Assembly (NCBI GenBank): GCA_965222575.1
Contig: OZ244958.1
Location: forward strand, 1,024,001-1,088,000
Direction of reading: 5' to 3'
DNA: 64,000 nucleotides
From: Alphaproteobacteria bacterium
GTDB lineage: Bacteria; Pseudomonadota; Alphaproteobacteria; G965222575
Shown here: piece after piece, positions 9,234 through 16,925 of the stretch
Layout: each line of letters starts with the position of its first letter
How positions within the stretch are numbered: position 1 is the stretch's first letter
Program-made: the position numbers and the translations under genes
Notes under the pieces: generated by a model
The model's input: only the letters and a program-made list of their open reading frames with translations
Databases searched by the model: none
What the model was told of the DNA's origin: nothing

Positions 9234-11762
9234 ATGTGGCCTATTTTCAAGAAGTGGTTTAGTACGCCTGCGCGGTATCGACTTTCTAAGTATGGAGGGC
9301 AGGTGAAGATGGTTAATGCCATGGAGGCGGAATTTGAGGCTATGGAGGATGGGCAGCTGAGGGCGATGACTGAGACGCTTCGGGAACGTTTGAAGAACGG
9401 GGCGTCTTTAGAGGAGATTCTTCCTGCGGCTTTTGGGGCTGTGCGGGAAGTGTCTAAAAGAGCCCTTGGGCAGCGTCCTTATGATGTCCAGCTGATGGGA
9501 GGCATTGTTCTCAATGAGGGCAATATTGCAGAGATGAAAACAGGAGAGGGGAAGACCTTAGTGGCGACTCTTCCTTCTTATCTGAATGTTCTTGGGGGAA
9601 AATCTGTTCATATTGTGACGGTGAACGATTATCTTGCGCGGCGCGATGAAGTCTGGATGGGCGGGATTTTTCATCGTTTAGGCGTGAAGACGGGCTGTAT
9701 TACCTCTGGCATGAGTTTGGAAGAGAAGAAAAAAGCTTATGAAGCCGATGTGATGTATGGAACGAATAATGAATTTGGCTTTGATTACTTGCGTGATAAC
9801 ATGGCGTTGTCTGAGGAGAATCGCGTTCAGAGGGGGTTTGATTTTGCTATTGTGGATGAAGTGGATTCTATTTTGGTAGATGAGGCTAGGACACCTTTAA
9901 TTATTTCTGGTCCTGCTGAGGATCACACGGATCTTTATAAAGTTATCAATGATTTGGTAAGGAAGTTGGTTAGGGAGGATTATGTTTTGGATGAGAAGCA
10001 GAAGTCTGTGATTTTAAGTGATGGAGGTGTTGAGAAAGCACAGAAGTGGTTAGGGGAAAAGTCTCTGTTACGAGGGGATGATTTGTATGATTATGAGAAT
10101 GTGCAGTTGATGCACCATATCAATCAGTCCTTAAGAGCGCACACGTTATTTAAGCGTGATAAGGATTATATTGTGCGTCAGAATGCTGTTGTGATTATTG
10201 ATGAGTTTACGGGGAGGATGATGCCGGGTCGTCGATTTTCTGGTGGGTTGCATCAGGCTCTTGAGGCTAAGGAGCGGGTATCGATTTTGAAAGAGCAACA
10301 AACATTGTCTTCTATTACTTTTCAGAATTATTTTCGTCTTTATGAGAAGCTTGCTGGTATGACAGGCACGGCGGCCACGGAGGCGGAGGAGTTTTCTGAT
10401 ATTTACAATCTTTCGGTTGTAGAGATTCCCACGCATCGTCCTATGATAAGGGCTGATCTTCAGGATCAGATATATCGTACGAAGGAGGAGAAGCAAGCGT
10501 CTATTATTGGTAGGATTAAGGAGATTGTTAAGACACAACAGCCTCTTTTGGTTGGCACGGCCTCCATTGAGCAATCAGATTATTTTTCATCTTTATTGGA
10601 GAAAGAGGGGTTAGTTCATGAAGTACTCAATGCGCGCAATCATGAGAAAGAAGCGTTTATTATTGCGCAAGCTGGTCGTAAGGGGGCGCTGACGATAGCG
10701 ACGAACATGGCGGGTAGGGGAACGGATATTCAGTTAGGGGGGAATGAAGAGATGTTGATGCAGCAGTTAGAGGAGGGGGATGAGGAAGCGCGCGAGCGGC
10801 TTAAAGAGCAAGTAGCGACGGAGAAGGAGGAGGTTATAAAATTGGGGGGTCTTTATATTTTGGGGACGGAGCGTCATGAGAGTCGTCGTATTGATAATCA
10901 GTTACGGGGGCGTTCGGGACGACAAGGAGACCCGGGGAAGACCTGTTTTTTTCTTAGTTTGGAAGATGATTTGATGCGTGTATTCGGGTCGGAAAAATTG
11001 GAGAATATGTTGAAGAAGCTAGGCTGGGAGAAAGGAGAAAGTCTTGCTCATCCTTGGATTTCACGTTCTTTGGAGAAGGCGCAGGAAAAGATAGAAAACA
11101 GAAATTATGACATCCGTAAGACCTTACTGAAATACGATAATGTTCTCAATGAGCAAAGGACGATTGTTTACCAACAACGTAGAGAGATGATGCAGCAGGA
11201 AAGTGTAGAGGATATTATTGCTGACATTAAGGTTGAGGTGGTAGAGAATTTGTGGAGAGATTATGTGGCGGAGAATCCGACTGGGGAGCGTTTGAATGAG
11301 CTCAAGGAGGTACTGCGGGGGAAGTTTAATGTTGTTGTGAAGGAGGCGTGTGAGACGGCGGAGTCTCTGAAGGAGTTTGTGACAGATGAGATTGATAGGC
11401 GCATTGTGAACAATAGAGTTCTTGTAGGGCAAGAGAATATGGGTGGGATTGAACGGTCTTTTTTGTTACAGGTTGTTGATAGGTGTTGGAAGGATCATAT
11501 GTATAGTTTGGAGATGGTGAGGCAATCTGTGGGGTTACGTGCTTATGGGCAAAAGAATCCCTTAAGTGAGTACAGGAAGGAAGCGTTTCATCTTTTTGAG
11601 AAGTTTTTGCAACAGGTAAGAGAAAGGATTCTACAGATATTGCTGAATATCTCCATTCAGAAGAAGCCTGTTGTACAAGCACCTTCTGTGAAGAAGGTTC
11701 TTGTGAAAGGGAAAAAGGGTAATCCGCAGCAGAGGGGGCGGAAGAAAGGCAGGAGGCGTTAG
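9234..11762 (+). CDS. secA: preprotein translocase ATPase SecA
   Basis: MKTGEGKT, DEVDSILVDEARTPLIISG, ATNMAGRGTDI, QLRGRSGRQGDPG. Start at ATG 9234. Confidence 0.98.
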   Translation: MWPIFKKWFSTPARYRLSKYGGQVKMVNAMEAEFEAMEDGQLRAMTETLRERLKNGASLEEILPAAFGAVREVSKRALGQRPYDVQLMGGIVLNEGNIAEMKTGEGKTLVATLPSYLNVLGGKSVHIVTVNDYLARRDEVWMGGIFHRLGVKTGCITSGMSLEEKKKAYEADVMYGTNNEFGFDYLRDNMALSEENRVQRGFDFAIVDEVDSILVDEARTPLIISGPAEDHTDLYKVINDLVRKLVREDYVLDEKQKSVILSDGGVEKAQKWLGEKSLLRGDDLYDYENVQLMHHINQSLRAHTLFKRDKDYIVRQNAVVIIDEFTGRMMPGRRFSGGLHQALEAKERVSILKEQQTLSSITFQNYFRLYEKLAGMTGTAATEAEEFSDIYNLSVVEIPTHRPMIRADLQDQIYRTKEEKQASIIGRIKEIVKTQQPLLVGTASIEQSDYFSSLLEKEGLVHEVLNARNHEKEAFIIAQAGRKGALTIATNMAGRGTDIQLGGNEEMLMQQLEEGDEEARERLKEQVATEKEEVIKLGGLYILGTERHESRRIDNQLRGRSGRQGDPGKTCFFLSLEDDLMRVFGSEKLENMLKKLGWEKGESLAHPWISRSLEKAQEKIENRNYDIRKTLLKYDNVLNEQRTIVYQQRREMMQQESVEDIIADIKVEVVENLWRDYVAENPTGERLNELKEVLRGKFNVVVKEACETAESLKEFVTDEIDRRIVNNRVLVGQENMGGIERSFLLQVVDRCWKDHMYSLEMVRQSVGLRAYGQKNPLSEYRKEAFHLFEKFLQQVRERILQILLNISIQKKPVVQAPSVKKVLVKGKKGNPQQRGRKKGRRR

Positions 11763-11770
11763 GAGGTAAC

Positions 11771-12787
11771 ATGGTGGAGAAATTAGAGCAACAGCAACAA
11801 GAACAAGAACAAGAACAGTCTTCATCTCGTGTTGATTATTTGGAGTTTGAAGCGCCGATTTTGGTGTTGGAAGAAGAACTGCAATCTTTGGAAGAGAAGG
11901 CCCAAGTTGGTGAAGGTGAGGATGTTGAAAAGGATATAGGGCTTTTGAAGCAAAAGATTCGTGGGATGACTGAGAAGGTTTATAGCTCTTTGTCTCCTTG
12001 GCAGACAGTACAAGTTGCCCGTTGTGAGTCCCGTCCTCATACGACGGATTATATAGCGGAGCTTATTGATAATTTTGAGCCCTTGGCAGGCGATCAGTTA
12101 TTTTCTGAAGATGTATCTATTATAGGGGGGATTGGGAAATTTCAAGGACAGTCTGTTGTGGTGATTGGGAACAATAAAGGGGAGGTGTTAGAGGAGAAGG
12201 TTAAGAGCAATTTTGGGATGGCTAAGCCTGAAGGGTATAGAAAAGCGGTACGGCTGATGAATCTAGCGGAGAGATTTTCTTTTCCTTTGATTACTTTTGT
12301 GGATACGCCCGGTGCCTATCCGGGTATAGATGCAGAGCAAAGAGGACAAGCGGTAGCATTAGCCAAGGCCATTGAACGTAGCTTTACACTGAAAATCCCT
12401 TCTGTGTCCTTTATTATCGGAGAAGGGGGGAGTGGAGGTGCTGTAGCGTTAGCGTGTTCTTCAGTGGTGTGCATGCTAGAGTATGCCATTTATTCTGTGA
12501 TTTCTCCTGAAGGATGTGCTTCTATTTTGTGGCGTGATGTGACTAAGAAGGAAGAAGCGGCTCGTAACTTGAAACTCAGAGCGCAGGATATGAAGGCCTT
12601 TGGTATTGTCGATAGAATCTTGGAAGAGCCTCTAGGAGGGGCGCACAGGAATTCTAAGACAATGATTCACTCTTTAGGAAAAGTCCTTTGCGAGGAAATG
12701 CAAAAACTCTCTTCTCTTTCTCCTGGGCAATTACAGGAAAATCGTAGAGAACGATTTCTCAGTATTGCTAAAGTCTTTGATAAATAA
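11771..12787 (+). CDS. accA: acetyl-CoA carboxylase carboxyltransferase subunit alpha
   Basis: LEFE, PWQTVQVAR, FGMAKPEGYRKA, DTPGAYPG, GEGGSGGA, YSVISPEG. Confidence 0.97.
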   Translation: MVEKLEQQQQEQEQEQSSSRVDYLEFEAPILVLEEELQSLEEKAQVGEGEDVEKDIGLLKQKIRGMTEKVYSSLSPWQTVQVARCESRPHTTDYIAELIDNFEPLAGDQLFSEDVSIIGGIGKFQGQSVVVIGNNKGEVLEEKVKSNFGMAKPEGYRKAVRLMNLAERFSFPLITFVDTPGAYPGIDAEQRGQAVALAKAIERSFTLKIPSVSFIIGEGGSGGAVALACSSVVCMLEYAIYSVISPEGCASILWRDVTKKEEAARNLKLRAQDMKAFGIVDRILEEPLGGAHRNSKTMIHSLGKVLCEEMQKLSSLSPGQLQENRRERFLSIAKVFDK

Positions 12788-12791
12788 GCCC

Positions 12792-13055
12792 TCACACTGT
12801 GGGTAAAAGATCCAAAATTGACAAGGTATAATTATAAAGCTCCATGCCAACCCATCGTGCTGTTAAAAAGATAGTAAACGTTACGGCTATGAGCTTAATG
12901 GCAAAGGAAAGCGTTTGTTCTTGAATTTGTGTAAGAGCCTGTAGCAGGCTTACCAACGTCCCAATGCCCGCTGCTACAATAATAGGAGGCAAAGACAACA
13001 TTAAAATCAATACCAACGCTTTAGAGGTAATAATCACAATATCAGCTTCATTCAT
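12792..13055 (-). CDS. sctS: T3SS export apparatus protein SctS (YscS-like)
   Basis: 87 aa; LSLPPIIVAA..GTLVSLLQALTQIQEQTLSFAIKLIAV matches the SctS/FliQ family with YscS-type wording. Confidence 0.93.
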   Translation of the reverse strand: MNEADIVIITSKALVLILMLSLPPIIVAAGIGTLVSLLQALTQIQEQTLSFAIKLIAVTFTIFLTARWVGMELYNYTLSILDLLPTV

Positions 13056-13070
13056 ACTCCCTCATTCTAC

Positions 13071-13718
13071 TTACTGATAGGATAGAACTAGTCCCTTAAT
13101 AAGTCGTGTCCAACCATCTACCATGACGAATAAAAATAGCTTGAACGGTAGCGATATCGTCATAGGAGAAACCATCATCATGCCCATGGCTAATAGAATG
13201 TTAGAGATAATTAAGTCAATAGCAATGAAAGGAAGATAAACCAAAAATCCTATTTGAAAAGCCCCTGTAAGTTCACTAACAGTAAAGGAAGGAATTAAAA
13301 TGAGGAAGCTTTCTCTATCTGTTAAGGAAGCATATTCTTCTGTCCAGAGTTTGGAAGTAGCACGATAGAAAAATTCTGTGACTTTAGGGTCTGTATGTTT
13401 CCGCAAGAAACTAAAGAAGGGTTCTTTGACAGTATTGACAAGATTGATTAATTGTTCGGAATTATCAAAAGAGACCTCCATATCTTTCACTAAGTCCCAA
13501 GCCTGATAGCCAACAGGAGCCATAATATAAATAGACAGAATAATAGCCAACCCATTTAAGGCCATGTTAGGAGGAATTTGCTGTACGCCTAAAGCATTTC
13601 GTACTAAAGACAAGACAATCATGAGTTTGACAAAGGAAGTGACCATAATTGCAATGAATGGCACCATGGCTAGGCCTGAAAGAGCAACAATTAAGAGAAT
13701 AGGGTCAGGCGTTGTCAT
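13071..13718 (-). CDS. sctR: T3SS export apparatus protein SctR (YscR-like)
   Basis: VTSFVK, RNALGVQQIPPN, YLPFIAIDL, LAMGMMMVSPMTISLPFKL, DGW. No FliP-type N-terminal signal peptide. Confidence 0.95.
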   Translation of the reverse strand: MTTPDPILLIVALSGLAMVPFIAIMVTSFVKLMIVLSLVRNALGVQQIPPNMALNGLAIILSIYIMAPVGYQAWDLVKDMEVSFDNSEQLINLVNTVKEPFFSFLRKHTDPKVTEFFYRATSKLWTEEYASLTDRESFLILIPSFTVSELTGAFQIGFLVYLPFIAIDLIISNILLAMGMMMVSPMTISLPFKLFLFVMVDGWTRLIKGLVLSYQ

Positions 13719-13721
13719 TGT

Positions 13722-14723
13722 TTAGGATGTTGGCTTTTCTGTAGATGTTGGTGTTGCTGGTTTTCCCCTTGTAGGCGGTGGAGTTCCTCCTGCGTCTCTC
13801 CTAAGGGGTGCTGCTGGTTTTCCCCTTGTAGGCGGTGGGGTGACTCCTGCGTCTCTCGGTGCTGCTGGTTTTCCTCCTGTAGGCGGTGGAGTGACACCTG
13901 CGTCTCTCCTAAGAGGTGTTGCTGGTTTTCCTCCTGTAGGCGGTGGAGTGACACCTGCGTTTCTCCTAAGAGGAGGTGCTGCTGGTTTTCCTTCTGTAGG
14001 CGGTGGGGTGACACCTGCGTTTCTCCTAAGAGGAGGTGCTGCTGGTTTTCCTTCTGTAGGCGGTGGAGTGACACCTGCGTTTCTCCTAAGAGGAGGTGCT
14101 GCTGGTTTTCCTCCTGTAGGCGGTGGGGTGACTCCTGCGTCTCTCGGTGCTGCTGGGTTTCCCCCTGTAGGCGGTGGGGTGACACCTGCGTTTCTTCTAA
14201 GAGGAGGTGCTGCTGGTTTTCCTTCTGTAGGCGGTGGGGTGACACCTGCGTCTGGGGGTATTGCGAGTTCTCTTTCTGTAGGGATTGGTATGAGTGCTGT
14301 TGTTTCTGAGTTTGAAATGGGGGGCATCAAAGATTTTAGGGTGGTATTTTTGTCTGGTAGGTGATGTTCAGAGATTTGTACGCCTAGTCCATTGTCTATT
14401 CCTACAATGTTGCCTTTACCAACTGTGACTCCGTTGAGAGAGAGAGAGACAGGGTCTTTTTGTGTATTTTTTAGGGGGAAGATATGGCCTTTATGGAAGG
14501 TAGAAAATTCTTTGAGATTAAAGGATAGGGTTCCTAAAGAGAAGGATAGGGTGAGGGGGAGATGTTGTAGGGTCTGTAAGAATTTTTCTTCGCCTATTAT
14601 AGGAGGATTTTTTTTTATAGTATTGATATCTGTTGTTTTTTCTTTCTCTTGTTTGCCCTGTATTGTGTTGGTGTTAGGAGGGGGAGGGGAGGAGGATGTG
14701 GAAGAGGGAGGTGTCATAATCAA
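13722..14723 (-). CDS. sctQ: SctQ-like sorting-platform protein: single SPOA domain plus Pro-rich tandem repeat tail
   Basis: LPLTLSFSLG...VSLSLNGVTVGKGNIVGIDNGLGVQI is a FliM/FliN/SctQ C-terminal SPOA motif; the gene lies directly upstream of sctR. Confidence 0.8.
   Translation of the reverse strand: MIMTPPSSTSSSPPPPNTNTIQGKQEKEKTTDINTIKKNPPIIGEEKFLQTLQHLPLTLSFSLGTLSFNLKEFSTFHKGHIFPLKNTQKDPVSLSLNGVTVGKGNIVGIDNGLGVQISEHHLPDKNTTLKSLMPPISNSETTALIPIPTERELAIPPDAGVTPPPTEGKPAAPPLRRNAGVTPPPTGGNPAAPRDAGVTPPPTGGKPAAPPLRRNAGVTPPPTEGKPAAPPLRRNAGVTPPPTEGKPAAPPLRRNAGVTPPPTGGKPATPLRRDAGVTPPPTGGKPAAPRDAGVTPPPTRGKPAAPLRRDAGGTPPPTRGKPATPTSTEKPTS
13750..14252. repeat. nine-copy coding tandem repeat (51/57/60-bp units)
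   Basis: Units of ggtgctgctggttttccYYYtgtaggcggtggRgtgacacctgcgtYtctc(ctaaga(gga)); encode (D/N)AGVTPPPT(E/G/R)GKPAAP(PLR)R. All unit lengths are multiples of 3. Confidence 0.95.
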
Positions 14724-15361
14724 GCGGTGTCTCCGAGTTTGCTGATGAGTGCATTGGAGAGTGTTGTGAGCTGGGTGTTGAATCCGGCGTCTACGAGTCC
14801 GATTTCGCTTTCTATGATACAGTCTCCTTTTTGGAGGCGTGCGTCTGCTTTAGCGTCTGCGAAGCGGATGGAGTGAAAGCCTGAGAGAATGTCTGATAGA
14901 CATTCTTCAATGAGTGCGACTTCTAGTGGGCAGAGACGAATGGTGATTTTTTTTTGTTCTTTCATGACGCCGATGCCATTTCTGATGAGGTGTATCATTC
15001 GGGTTTTGACAGGTAGGGAGAAAAAGACTTTTTCTAAAATATTGAGGAGCATTTTCACGGCTTTGCTTTCTACGTGGCTGAAGTGTGAGACGACATCATC
15101 TAGTAGGGAGAGGTTATTTTCTGCGGCTTCTTCAGCGATTTGTTGCAGTCCCTCTTCATATCCTCTCTCACTAGCAGCGGCTAGGTTTTTGCGTGCGGTC
15201 TTGAGAATATTTTGTCCTTGTTGTTGTGCGGCTTGCACAATTTTTGTATCGCAAAATCTGTAAGGGGGGCGTAGAGAAAGAACGGGGGAGGGAATTTCTA
15301 TGAGGAATTCCTCTGGTAGGGTGAAGAAGGGAGCATAAGAAGAGGAAGGGGATGTTATCAT
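14720..15361 (-). CDS. sctL: T3SS stator protein SctL (YscL/HrpE family)
   Basis: A..RGYEEGL repeat motif; C-terminal DARLQKGDCIIESEIGLVDAGFNTQL; ATGA-coupled to neighbours. Confidence 0.88.
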   Translation of the reverse strand: MITSPSSSYAPFFTLPEEFLIEIPSPVLSLRPPYRFCDTKIVQAAQQQGQNILKTARKNLAAASERGYEEGLQQIAEEAAENNLSLLDDVVSHFSHVESKAVKMLLNILEKVFFSLPVKTRMIHLIRNGIGVMKEQKKITIRLCPLEVALIEECLSDILSGFHSIRFADAKADARLQKGDCIIESEIGLVDAGFNTQLTTLSNALISKLGDTA

Positions 15362-16104
15362 GAAGAGGGGAAGAGTTTGACAAGACGTCTTAGAAGATAA
15401 AAGCTTCCTTTAGTATCTGGAGTATGTGTTGAAAAGATAGACTGATAATCTTTAGGAAAAACTAACATTAATCGTTCTTTTAAGGGAGGTGATAGAGAGG
15501 AAGTGAGGACTTTGTTGAGGAGGTCAATGCCGATGTATTGGCACTGTTGAGTGATGGCGGCTGGGTTTTTGGTGTTTAGGTTTTGTTTGCAGGTGTGGAG
15601 TGTCTCTTCTCTTATGAAAGGAGAGGGAAAGAAACTGCCCTGACGGGTTATGAGGGTATAGAGGTCTTGTCCTAGGGCTTCTGTGAGGGAGAGGTGGCTT
15701 GCTCTATCGATGTGCTGGCATATCCAGGGAGAAATAGTGAGTGCGCCACTCCACAAACTGAGGCGTAACAGAGTATCAGGAGGGAAAAAGACGAGACTAT
15801 GGAAGGGTTCTACTAGTGTTAAGTCTACTGTGGTTTTGTGAGGTAAGGATTTTAATAACAGGAGGGATAAAACTTTTAGTCCTTCTTTATGTTTTGAGAG
15901 TGTTGCGTAGCCCGGAAGGGATTGCAACCAGCTAGGATGAGCATAGGTAGCAGGCCATGCGTTAAAGTGTAAAAGCTGCTTTTGTTTTTGGGGGGAGAGG
16001 GTAAGAAAGTCTATGGAAACGTAACACTCTGTCTTAGGGTGTTGGCTCTGGGTTTCCATGGGACAGGTTATGAAGTAGCGGTCTGTTTTTTCTTTTTCCA
16101 CCAT
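15358..16104 (-). CDS. sctK: SctK-like sorting-platform protein (YscK-like)
   Basis: Lies between sctJ and sctL; FNAWPATYAHPSWL resembles the YscK/HrpD-type N-terminal motif; later RLMLVFP. True start may be ATG 16059. Confidence 0.65.
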   Translation of the reverse strand: MVEKEKTDRYFITCPMETQSQHPKTECYVSIDFLTLSPQKQKQLLHFNAWPATYAHPSWLQSLPGYATLSKHKEGLKVLSLLLLKSLPHKTTVDLTLVEPFHSLVFFPPDTLLRLSLWSGALTISPWICQHIDRASHLSLTEALGQDLYTLITRQGSFFPSPFIREETLHTCKQNLNTKNPAAITQQCQYIGIDLLNKVLTSSLSPPLKERLMLVFPKDYQSIFSTHTPDTKGSFYLLRRLVKLFPSS

Positions 16105-16772
16105 AGGAAAGCGCCTACTGCGCCTGCTACGGCTAGTAGCAAGAAGATGACAATACCGACTAGGAGTCTTTTATTGGACTGTGCGGGTACGGGTTCAATG
16201 CTAGGGGATATGGAGGGAAAGAGGGCTACTGATACCTGGTCATAAGAGAGATTTTCAACACTGTTGGCGACGAGCAGTTTGATTTGCGGAATGTAGGATT
16301 CTAGTTCTATTACGGGTTGGTGTTTTATGAAAATAGCTGCTGAAGAAGGTTTGATAGTGGTTTCTATCTGAGAGGTATTTTCTGGTAAGACGAGGTGTAC
16401 CCGGGCGCTTAAGACTCCGTCGATGTGTGAGATGGTGGCGGATAATTCTTGAGAAAGTCCGTAAAGGAAGCGCACTTTTTCTTCCATAGGAGAGGAGATT
16501 AATCCTTCTTTGGGGAAGAGGTCTCCTATGTTGGCGAACTGGGAGCGAGGATAGCCTTGGAGGCGCAGAATATCAATGGCTGAGGAGACAAAGTTGCTGT
16601 CCACTGATAGGGCGGCTAAGTTGTCTTTCAGAGAGGTTTTTGTACTTTTAATGCCGGCTTTTTGTAGAATAGACCACATATCATTGATTTCTCCTTCGGG
16701 TAGAGAGGAAAAGAGCTGAGTCTGGCAACCCCAAAGGAAAAGCAAGAAAAAAAGTCCAATGAATACTCGCAT
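16068..16772 (-). CDS. sctJ: T3SS inner-membrane ring lipoprotein SctJ (YscJ/HrcJ)
   Basis: Lipobox LWGC, GYPR..F, GLISSP.EE, SQELS.TIS.IDGVLSARVHLVLP, C-terminal TM followed by KKKK; 234 aa, far shorter than FliF. Confidence 0.96.
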   Translation of the reverse strand: MRVFIGLFFLLFLWGCQTQLFSSLPEGEINDMWSILQKAGIKSTKTSLKDNLAALSVDSNFVSSAIDILRLQGYPRSQFANIGDLFPKEGLISSPMEEKVRFLYGLSQELSATISHIDGVLSARVHLVLPENTSQIETTIKPSSAAIFIKHQPVIELESYIPQIKLLVANSVENLSYDQVSVALFPSISPSIEPVPAQSNKRLLVGIVIFLLLAVAGAVGAFLWWKKKKQTATS

Positions 16773-16925
16773 GACATAGGGGTAAGAGTAAGTTCGAAAA
16801 GGGCTTTTTATATTGGCTCTTTTCTTCTAAAAATTCCGTTAAATCTTGAAAGAGAAAAAGGGATAGCTTTTTATTGGGATAAAAAGTATAAAAGGGATAC
16901 AAGAAGCGTTCCCTTATGTTGATGG

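Noticed and set aside
13750-14252. CRISPR array
   Set aside because: The repeats are contiguous with no unique spacers, unit lengths are multiples of 3 inside a CDS, and there are no cas genes.
14670-14715. G-quadruplex-like G-runs (also 7497-7535)
   Set aside because: Explained by Pro/Ser codons on the minus strand plus the global G skew; no independent evidence of function.
12792-16772. Flagellar fliF/H/N/P/Q cluster
   Set aside because: The ring protein is a 234-aa lipoprotein (SctJ, not FliF), SctR lacks the FliP signal peptide, and an SctK-like gene sits where fliG would be.
12788-16925. Recently inserted genomic island around the T3SS genes
   Set aside because: No integrase, tRNA, att-like repeats or transposase; the genes abut accA with a 4-nt gap and share the host strand bias.
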